Notes under the pieces: generated by a model | The model's database searches: none | What the model was told of the DNA's origin: nothing | Seen by the model: the letters and a program-made list of their open reading frames with translations, nothing else | Program-made: the position numbers and the translations under genes | Assembly (NCBI GenBank): GCA_021432655.1 | Contig: MU271593.1 | Coordinates: 1-41,007, forward strand | Source: Atractiella rhizophila | Taxonomy: Eukaryota | DNA: 41,007 nt | Reading direction: 5' to 3' | Part shown: in pieces, positions 29,450 to 39,282 of the stretch | Layout: each line of letters starts with the position of its first letter | Position numbering within the stretch: the first letter of the stretch is position 1

Positions 29450-29919
29450 TGTTGAGGGGGGGGAGGGTTCACTATGCTAGGAGAAGTTAGCGGTCGCCGA
29501 CGGACAATGTGTCTCAATGTGTCTGTAGTGGAGATAAACCAAAGAGCATGATATGACATGAGAAGACTAACTAGTAGTGGAGATAACCTAAGAGAATACT
29601 CTAAGGTCACCTCCACTACTCTCTGATCTATACACAAGCGGAATAACACTGCCACAAAATGTAGAGGAGAGCAGATGAAACATGTAAGAGAACTAAAAGT
29701 GACAGTGGGAGTAGCAGGGTTAATAAGAGGAGAATAGACACAATTGGGCTAAGTGGTGATGTAGATGCAAATGGGTGTACGTGTGACCGGGCACCAATTT
29801 AAACTGCTGGAGCAGTGACGACGGGGAACCGATTCATGTAGAATGCAAACAGGCAAACGGGCGATAGGAGACGCAACCTGGCAAACAGGCGCTGATTTGC
29901 AAAAGTTGTAAACCTGACA
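29450..29919 (-). mobile_element. Solo LTR, family A
   Basis: TGTTG...TGACA ends; homologous to the 27457 and 35971 copies; internal duplication of GTAGTGGAGATAAAC-like block. Confidence 0.7.
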
Positions 29920-32700
29920 GAAGGTCTGTTCTCAGTCATTTTGATCTTTCCAGACTTCACACCACTTCGAACAGAAAGAAGATGTCCTGAGGAGTCGTTC
30001 CAATCCATTTGTGCACCCTTCTGGAGGCAAAATGAGGGAAACATGAACCATTTGATGCATGGAAGCTTAACTTGTAGATCCCACCAATTCAAATATTTTA
30101 AGCTGAGCACTGAAAACTGTGACAGCTGGACCAGCTATTGCAGGGGAGATACACGAGGTTGAAGTTGAAAAAAGATTCCACTTTTTGATTTCTCTGGTTT
30201 CCCACTCTACAAGTAGGACCAGGTCAGACGCTGATTACGAAATCCATCCACATGCAATGAAACCTGTTTGCACATTAGTGAAGTACCTACAGCAGAAAAT
30301 AAAAGCCAGGGAAGGGAAGAAACACATAACATACCTTTAACCAAGTGCAGTCTAATCCAACTTCACCTTATCACAGCTACAAACTTTTCAAAGGGAAGAA
30401 GTGGGAGTTGGCAGACAGAAGGTGGATGTAGTAGCGAAGGTGCAACTTGATGGAACTGCTCCATCTAGACAGTGTGATTGATTAGATCCACGTAAGACTG
30501 AATGCAGGATTGAAGGTGAGCTTTCATGGTTCCCAAGCACTGCTTGCTGCTGAATATCCAAGTTGCACAGGAAGGTCTAAGCCAGTCTTGATAGTTGGGA
30601 ATGTGAAGGAGAGTGTGAACAATGCTGGGGCATGCAGAAAGGCGGTCATACTTGTACTGTTAATAAAGATCTTCATACTTCTCCACCGATTTACGATTTG
30701 CTCCTCAAATCCCAGAGATTCTCCTTTACCATTGAGTACTGGATGCAAGTGACAATGATCTTCCTTCAATCTAAGAAATGCTGGTAGTAAGGCTCCTTCA
30801 GGCAGTCTCAAAGGACGGAAAGGTCTGTGAAAATCATGAAATGTAAGAAATCCTCAGCTGTGAGGTCTGAACAGTCATCATGAAGGTTGCAGAAGTGCCT
30901 TCATTTTGGTTGCCTCTTCAATTTCTTTTCCAATTACCTCACAATCCTCCTTTAAAATCACATACTTATCCTTGTCTTCCTTACCAAATCCTTAAAGTCC
31001 CCTCTCCAGAATATGAGCAAATGCTCAAATGCTTGGTCATGTTTTTGATGGCAAGGTGCCTGAAATCTAATGGGCCAAGGAAAAAAATAATTACTGGAAA
31101 ATTCAACTAAATACAATTTCCATTGATCCTGCAAGCCTTAGAGACTTCTTCAAAGTTTCTTACACTGTCTGCTTCCTTTGCCTGTAAGCGAAAGGTTTGG
31201 TCACTTCATAATGGGAGGTTGTGTGTCCAATGCTTCAGTTTTGGGACAGGTCCCAAGTTTTAAGTTGTAGGGATATTCAATGGTCATTGAAGTGGGCAGA
31301 GTAAGTCCTGCCACGCAGAAACCCACCAGCTTCACAGGTGCAGCAGCATAAATTCCATTTGCACCTTTCATGTTCATCAATGTCTTAATAATAGCTTTGC
31401 ATGTCACTACACACCAAGCTGATGCATGTTGAATGGATTCAGTTTTCATCTCTGAGGACTAGGAGGAAAATCCTCGTACCATCTCGATTGCCTCTTCATA
31501 AAGAGGATGAAGAAACAAGAAACAAATCAATATCCTTTGGAGCTTTCAGGCCAGGAATGAGAAAAACGAGCCAATGCTCTTCATTATGACAGGACTTGGT
31601 GGGGGAAAGGTTGAGGAATTCATCAGAGTAAAAGCGAAGTGCAATATCTCTTGGGTCTTCAAAGTATTTATACCTTTGTTTCTTCCCATCAATCACAACA
31701 TGCTTCTGCTTCAGCTGTTGACAGTGTTTCCTATCAAGCACATTACTCCACTTTTCCTTTGTGATGCTGCTTGTGGCAAAGGTCATTTTTCTGCCTTTGT
31801 CCGTGTTTCCTGTCTCAGTTCGAAGGCATGGAATCTTTGGAAGATATTTCTAGACCTTTCTCGGTTCCGGCGCTGTCATAACAGGCTCGTTGCAGTATGG
31901 GCACCACTGATTGCTCTCATATGGAGGCAGTTAAAATTGAGATGTGAGCCTATGCTGCACTCAAACTCTTTTACTCGCAGGTCAGCGAGTGCCTCAAGTT
32001 TGTGTATGAGCTTATGCAGGCTTGCAATCTCTGGCCTATCTGGCCATGTTTCTTGCAACATATTAAAACCATGACGACTCATTCCAGCTTGAAAAAACTG
32101 AAAGCTTTCAGGATCTTTCTCACCTAAAGTGAGGTAACTCTCATCTTCAAACAGAAATAAATAATCAAAATATAAATTACAGAGGAAATGCACACCTAAA
32201 CAGTTGATCTCACCACCTGCATCCTCATCTGCTCTAACTGACCGATGGTACCATTGATAGAGCTCCTACGCATCCTGCTCATCATCCATGTGCTCATCTC
32301 CGGGCAGCCCATCCTCCAAAGAAGCATCGAACTGAGGCGATGCTCCAATTTCAGCAGCCTCTTCCTCCTCATTCCATCCAGAGTCATTATCTGATGGGAT
32401 AGGGGAAGAAGCTGCTCCACCATGTGTAGCATCAGGAGCATCATAAGGCTTTCAACCAGTTCCACAGTTACAACATGGCAGCCAAGTTGCAGCAATTTGA
32501 GGATATCCTTGCTGACCTAGATCAGCATTCTGTATAGACAGCTTACAAATATGGTGGGTTTGTTGATGACATCCACGCCCATGCAACGTCTTCCATGTCA
32601 AGTGTGCCGGATTTCGGTTTTGAAATATGTTCCGTAGTCGCGGAGGTTGCATTCGGAGCCGAAAATGAAGCTGCAAAGCGAATATTGTCTCTCCGTGTCT
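29920..32700 (-). mobile_element. Decayed CACTA/EnSpm (tnp2, Transposase_21-like) DNA transposon
   Basis: Fragments YFEDPRDIALRFYSDEF, FLIPGLKAPKDIDLFL and KTLMNMKGANG match fungal tnp2 motifs (DIAL..DG, IPGP..PKD.D.FL, GD..A..K..G.NG). Many stops and frameshifts. Termini not identified. Confidence 0.8.
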
Positions 32701-33154
32701 CCTGTCCACTTGGGAGAAGCCAAGGTGAGTTTCTAGGTGCGCAAGATGGAGCTATTGTTTCGACGTGTCTTCTCGACTACTGGCCCCAAATCTAATCTTC
32801 AGGGTGTCTGTGTGTTTGGACAGGCAATCTGCCTAGCAGCTTACTGGTGTCTTAGTGAGGGTTGGTCTAGCAAGAAATACTAGACATTTATTTCCTTTGG
32901 ATACATTACTCTTCTGAGGTGCCTGCGCAATGGATGGAAACCGTTACATATCCAACTTTGCAACCTTGTTCATCTTTGCTATAGTTCTGATTTTGATCCC
33001 TTGGCTTGCCCTGTCGTGATTGCCTTGTCATGAACACGGCGGACTTTTAGAGGGACAGTTGGTAGAGGGACAGTTGGAGGCAGTAGATAACCATGAGCTA
33101 ACATCAACCATAGTCCAGACGTCGAATTGCCTCACCAATAGACGTGTCGAAGAA

Positions 33155-35389
33155 ATGGGAAAGTCGCGGGAGCTGATAACCAATCCTTTCGGGGACGTTC
33201 CAGAAGATGGAGATGTCAAAAACCCTTTCGAAACGGACAGTCACTCCAGTCATGGATCGGAGGAATCGTCAGAGCAGTCCTCGCAGTTCAACTATCCCGT
33301 AAATGACGATGAAGCTGGATCGGAGACGTCGTTTCATTATCCAGGTTTGCCCTCTTGAATTCAGATTCCTTGAACTGGTGGTAATTCCGACGCAGCCAGT
33401 GATGAAGGAGATAATACTCAACATGTTGCATCAGTTCCTGAATGTCAGTCACCTGCTTGTCAACTTGAGATCGAACGGTTACCACAAGGGACACCTGTTT
33501 TCCAACATGTCCATGAGAGTTTTTTAGAGTTACCGCCAGCGAAAGTGTTAACGTCGCATCTCAATTCTCTTATCCAACAGTCAAATCTTCATAGCTTAGA
33601 ACGGCTACTCAGCCCAACACCTACTGAAGTCGAGTTTTGGGAAAATAAATACAAGGCAACGTGGCCCGGCGCTTTTGAGGTGCGTCCAACATGTCCTTCC
33701 TCGAATGAATCAGATGGAAGACTTGGGGAAAGATCATCAACGAAGCCTCTAGCGCTAGGCGTACTGGCGGATCCATTTTGGCGGCTTTATTTGGTAATCT
33801 GAAGATCTTGAAATTATTGGTGAACCATGGTACGCAAGGAGCTGTGTTGAAATATCCTCCTGACTTGTAAAATAGGTGCTATGCTGAATGTGACTGATCA
33901 GTCTGGTGAGCTGTGTGCTCCACCTACTTCCTGCCAAGACACATTATTGGTCTAGGGGAAACTGCGCTTCACAAAGCTATTCAAAACAATCATCTTGCCT
34001 GTGTTGAATTTCTGCTTGACCACGAATGCGAGGTGGACATTCAGGCACGTCTACGTATGAGTGGTGGCTCAATGCTGATTTTACCAATCAACAGGATAAC
34101 GACGGTTGGGCTCCTATTCATGTAGCCTCATCGCAAGGTTCGGTGGAAGTGATGGAGCTATTGGCTAGCCATGGTAGCGATCTTAATCTCACATCCCAAG
34201 TCAGTTTTGGTTACACCATCAAACCAATGGATCAAACATTTCACATAGGCAGGGTATACCCCTCTTATGAACGCTTGTGCGAGGAAGCAAACAGAAGCGG
34301 TTTATTTTCTCATTCGGCGCAAAGTCGATCCGTTCATCTCAACGCCTGATGGTTTGACCGCTCTTGCTATTGCTTGTGAAGTACGTGCCATTGAACTACT
34401 CTATAGTGCTGATACCAGAAACAGGTGGACAGCAGCAAGATCTTCGATTCCTTATCGCGTTACGAATCCAAGATCTACCGTCGCCCTCTCTCTCAGACAT
34501 CATCTAATCACGCGGCTGCCTACACCCCATTGGAGATACACCGTGTATATCGCCTGATGGTGTATGAATATCAACGGCTCGATTTCGTTTCGGCAGCAGT
34601 CGGAGTGCCAGTATTCACCTACAAAGCTCTGAGCAAAAGCGACAATCGCGCACCGTACGGATTGCCGCCGTCCTTTGCTGGAATCAACGATACTGGCAAG
34701 GAAATACACATACAGAGCCTAGATGAGATTTCTCTCCCACTTGCGGAATCTTCTGATAAGATTTCATTTTCTATTCGACACTCCTACAAGTCGCCGTGGC
34801 TCTGGGCTTCAGACTGGTCAATTAATGGCGACGGGATGGAAGTCGATTCTGAAGGCTGGCAGTATGGAACATCGTGGCATGGTGAATGGACTCAGCCTAT
34901 GCCCACTGTCAACATCAGCTTTCTCAATGTCCCAAAAGTCTTGAGGAGACGCAAGCTAATCCGTATCTTGCGACGAACAAATGAAATCGTCGCGGCCCCA
35001 TTGCCGCAATTGGATGCGGAAAACGATTCCGTGCCTAACATCCAGATAGTTGACGGTTTTCCCGTGGTCACTGGTTTCTGGGAAGAAGACTCCAAGGTGC
35101 TGGCTTGTCGAAATTGCCGCTCCATGTTTTCTCTTCTCAGACGCAAACATCACTGTCGCGCTTGCGGTGCGATTTCTCTAGTTTCACTTCTTTCACCGCA
35201 CTGAGTCGGCGCTTTGAAGGTCGCATCTTTTGCAGAGATTGTTCAAACAACAACGCAATCCTATTGAAGAGAGATAGTCTTCGCAAGTTGAATGCCAGAG
35301 TTTGTAATACGTGTGAGTGCCTGGGCTCATGTGTCGTCGAAGGTTCTCTGAAGACTTGGGTAGGCTTTACTCAGATACCTGATCCATGA
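33155..35389 (+). CDS. Ankyrin-repeat + DysF-like + FYVE protein, Upa1-like endosomal adaptor, multi-exon
   Basis: Acidic N-terminus with two FxYP motifs; ankyrin repeats (GETALHKA, DNDGWAPIHVAS, GYTPLMNACA, DGLTALAIA); DysF-like WLWASDWSI..DSEGWQYG..RRRKLIR; FYVE WEED..CRNC..FSLLRRKHHCRACGRIFCRDC..RVCNTC. Confidence 0.85.
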
Positions 35390-35970
35390 AGGCTTTTCAC
35401 AAAATGCAAGGAAATCCAATGATCTACCGGCCAGACTACAGATTATTTTTTTCGAAATGGATCGGAAAGCGCGTAATGGCGATAGCTTGCGATGGACATA
35501 CAATGCAGCTAGCTAGTTGATGAAGGCTACGTGGCATTGCATCCTTCAGCCTTGTTATGCGCTGGCTGTTGAGTGATTTTCTCTTTTAGCCTAGCCCCGA
35601 ATTTGGCAATTTTATGACTCCATTGGAACTTTATACCCGTGATTTGTTAATGATCAACACGAGTGAAACTACGACAATGGCCCCTGAATATTGGAAGACT
35701 GAACTGGGCTGATGGATTTCTCTAGGATGTCAACATGGACTCTGCTCAATGAAAAAGCAACGTATCCCAATCATAACAGCCTTTTGTCCAAATCTGGTAC
35801 CAGGTTCTGATTACAAAGTCACCGCAGTCAAAATTTCAATGTTTTGACAACCAAATGCCCCTTGGCTGTTCTGCTTTAATGAAGATGCTTAGTGGTATTT
35901 CAATGTAACATTATATAGTATTTGCCATAAGGAGGCTTCAGAAATGCTCTGTTATAACTTTTCAGATGAA

Positions 35971-36384
35971 TGTCAGATTTGCATTCTGTGTGGATCAGTA
36001 CCCAGTCACCCATTGACTAAGCGCTACCCATTCACCTATTCATACTCCCTTCATTGATTGTACAAGTTAGCACACGTTTGCCTGTTTGTCTCTCCCATCA
36101 CCAGTTTGAATTTCATTGCCTGTTTGTGCCTATTAGTGCCATTTAAGTTTACTCTTTCTCCTCTTATTGACTCCGCATAATCCTGGTGTTGTGCTTCCCT
36201 TCTGTTTCTTTTCATGTTTCGTATGCTCTCTCTACACATTGTGGCAGTGTTATTCTGGTTGTATATACCAATTGGATTGTCATGTCATAGAGATGACCAT
36301 AGAGTATTCTCTTAGATTCATCTCTACTACAGATGCATTACTGATTAGCACCTGTACATAGTGTCTGGGTATCTATCTTTAACA
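35971..36384 (+). mobile_element. Degenerate solo LTR, family A (opposite orientation)
   Basis: TGTCAG...TAACA; shares TTGTGGCAGTGTTATTC and AGAGTATTCTCTTAG..ACTACAGA with the reverse complement of 29450-29919. Confidence 0.6.
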
Positions 36385-36719
36385 AACTTCCCAAAGTTCG
36401 TAATATTCCGCAATTTGCCTTGCTACAGAGGATAGATAGAGAGGTCAGTGTAGAATCATCCAGGATCATTGATTTGAGTTGTACTCATGCAAGTGATACA
36501 TGAACACTGATTGTAACGGTTATAGTTATCTAGATCCTCATAGCAACTCCAAGGCTGGATAGAATTAGTGAATGGGTGTTGATGATTAAAAATAATAAAA
36601 GTGATGAGTAGCCAAAGGTATAACGACTGTACTGACTCCTAGGAAGTAGTTGGATCAGATGCCTGTTTTGCTACTAAGAATAGGTCAGACAGTTTAATAG
36701 AGCACTGTGAGACCATATT

Positions 36720-36830
36720 CATCATCAAGGGCCTCCCCTTGTTAAAGTTAGTGTTTTGTGATTTGTTCATCACGCACAGATAAGGTCTGGCACATAATCC
36801 CTGAGACCCATCTACATTGATGATCGTCCC
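36720..36830 (+). mobile_element. Possible non-LTR (LINE-like) reverse transcriptase remnant
   Basis: QGPPL (36726) and YIDD (36813) lie in the same frame 29 codons apart, with two stops between; spacing resembles QGSPLS...YADD. Confidence 0.35.
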
Positions 36831-37708
36831 AGCTAATTATATTTACCTTCTTCATTTACTTATGGATCTGGTGAGAGAATCCAATGCTGGATGGAGCTAG
36901 GGTCAAACTGGTCAACATTTCGCATTTCAGAGTCCCAGGCTCTACTGCCTATGTCCAACTCTAGAAGGATGAAAGAAGCCACAGTTTAGCCTCCCATACA
37001 TACAGATATGCCTTCATAGGTTACTCTACCAGTGTCAGAGGTTGGGGTTTCGGGCGTCCAATCTCTATGGAGGTCTACACTTGAGATATCACAAATTTGA
37101 CAAAAAGGGAACTGCTTTCCAAAGTCAGGAGGAAAGAGAACATGTTGGAGCCGCCTTAGGGACTACTGGGCAAGTGGACAGCATGTCAGGATCAGGTGGG
37201 AGAAGGCAAGAGAGAACCTTGACGACCAATTCCCATCCTCTAGCTCCATCCAGCGTCAGATTCTCAACTGGTAGTGAGAGCAGTGGCTAGGGATTAACAG
37301 ATCAGTTTTGCCACCCACTTAGTTGAAATTTTGATCACTTAGCCATCCGTTGTCCAATCAGTTCAAGACTTTGGGATCATATATGAGACCTACTTACATC
37401 GCTATCCACCCATTTCTACAAAGGTCGGACAATCCAAACTCAAATTTTGTCACCATGGCCAAAGAAAGTAAAATTTGATCACCCCTCTCAGAGAGAAGAA
37501 CTATGGCACCTGGTGCATTGATATGCAGGCAGAATTGATGCGAAAGGGGTTATAGGAGATAGTTTCTGGAGTGGAAGACAAAGCCAGAAGATTTGAAGGA
37601 GCAAAAGCAATGGCAAAAGGACAGCTCCAAAGCGGCTAGGATCCTGTTCCTTAGCCTAGAAGCGACCCAGAAAGCCCATGTGGTCTCTGTTCTTCAAGAT
37701 CCAGTCAA

Positions 37709-38061
37709 TGTAAGGATCTAAGGCTAGGAGTAGTTGGTGGTCAATAATAAGACATTGATGAAGTATAGAGAGATATACCTAGAAGTAGTTGGTGGTCAAT
37801 AATGTACGAATTTGGGGGAAGATTCTCTGGATTTAGTGGGAGTGTCAAGAGACAGTTGCCCAGGTGGGAGTGTTAGTTGTAGTGTTGTTGTGTTGGTCAT
37901 CTGCCTCTTATGACTCTTATGAGTCATCAATATGTAGTTTAGTTCTGCCTATAAGTGTTGGTACTTATTATTGACCACCAACTACTCCTAGGTATGTCTC
38001 TCTATACTTCTCTAATGGCTCGTTATTGACCACCAACTACTCCTAGCCTTAGATCCTTACA
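37709..38061. mobile_element. Family B LTR pair: inverted partial LTR (37709-37802) fused to a complete LTR (37803-38061)
   Basis: TGTAAGGATCTAAGGCTAGG at 37709 is the reverse complement of the 38061 end. 37803-38061 is the reverse-complement homologue of 38407-38663. Confidence 0.85.
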
Positions 38062-38300
38062 GTGTCTGTGATGGAAGACCCAGTCACGATTTGGACCACC
38101 CTTCAAGATATCCATCAACAGAAGAGGTCTTCCATGCGTTTTTGTCTCTAAGCGCCCTGCTTGTTCTCCAGAAGAAAGAAGATGAATCCCTGGCCACCCT
38201 CTGTGTCAGAAGCAATCAACTCCATCTGGACTTTACCAATATGCTGTCCAACCACTATTCCCAAGGAGGACCTTCAATCCTTCACTCTCATTCGCTCTCT

Positions 38301-38380
38301 TGTTGAACCTTGGGTATAAAGGGTTAATCTGCACTGTTGGGAATGACTGGTCATTTTAGTGCAATTGGCTAAATCCAGCA
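38301..38380. mobile_element. 80-bp solo-LTR-like insertion with 5-bp TSD
   Basis: TGTTG...CAGCA flanked by TCTCT on both sides. The intact gag near 39750-39770 has a single TCTCT at this site. Confidence 0.8.
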
Positions 38381-38406
38381 TCTCTGGGCCCAGAATATGC
38401 CAGCTT

Positions 38407-38663
38407 TGTAAGGATCTAAGGCTACGAGTAGTTGGTGGCCAATAATGAGCCATTAGAGGAGTATAGAGAGATATACCTAGGAGTAGTTGGTGGTCAATAA
38501 TAAGCACCAACACTCCTAGGCAGAACTAAACTACATAGTGATGACTCATAAGAGTCATAAGAGGCAGATGACCAAACAACACACTACGACTAACACTCTC
38601 ACCTGGGCAGCTGCCTCCTGAAGCTCCCACCACATCCAAAGAATCTCACACCGAATTCGTACA
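38407..38663 (-). mobile_element. Solo LTR, family B
   Basis: TGTA...TACA, 257 bp, with tandem GGAGTAGTTGGTGGTCAATAA-like motifs; inserted at the end of the decayed gag. Confidence 0.85.
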
Positions 38664-39084
38664 ATGTATACTCGATATAAAGCATATTAGTTTTGCAGTG
38701 AAAAGAAGAGGGAAAGTCCTCGCACCCCTTAAAGCGGCGTCTTATAACCCCACAGAGGAGGAAAGGAATTTTATTGCGCCCCATAACTGCCTCATACACT
38801 TGGGCAGGGGCACAAACCCATCATAACTCGAAACTTGTCCACGCTGGCAACTGGAAGTGCCTTGTGTTGGATTAGCTGTTAAATTTCATGGTGTTGTCTT
38901 AGTGTGGTCAGCCACCTTTGCTGTGTTTCCTCACTTCGTAGTTTTTCTCCCTAGGGGGCAGTCTTGGTGGTCATCATTTTTGACCACCAACTCCTGTCCC
39001 CTAGGTATGTGTTTCCTCATCAATCCTATCATCTTTGACCACCAACTCCTGTCCCCTAGCTCCATCCAGCGTCTATTTCTCTCA

Positions 39085-39097
39085 TGGTAGCGAGAGC
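39085..39097 (+). promoter_or_regulatory. Primer-binding site, probably tRNA-iMet
   Basis: TGGTAGCGAGAGC immediately follows the LTR-terminal CA. TGGTAGC is the start of known iMet PBSs. Confidence 0.7.
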
Positions 39098-39282
39098 AGT
39101 GGCTAGGGATTGACAGATCAGTTGGAATTGCAATTTTCAATTTTGCCACCCACTTGGTTGAAAATTTTGACCACTCAGCCATCCTTTGTCCAATCGATTC
39201 AAGTCATAATCGAGACCCCTCCTAAGGCCCTATCCCCCCATTTCGACGAAGATCAGACGATCCAAACTCGAACTTTATCGCC

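Larger units (their letters stand above)
37143..38406 (+). mobile_element. Decayed Copia 5' region (LTR, PBS, gag) interrupted by nested LTRs
   Basis: Homologous to about 39035-39785; PBS TGGTAGTGAGAGC at 37269; gag has TGG>TAG at 37553 and deletions. Confidence 0.85.

Noticed and set aside
33541..33594. Third FxYP (SQFSYP) in the Upa1-like gene
   Set aside because: Lies in a different frame that ends in a stop.
37709..38663. Recurring GTAGTTGGTGGTCAATAA repeats resembling a CRISPR array
   Set aside because: Internal tandem motifs of eukaryotic LTRs; the spacers are homologous to each other.
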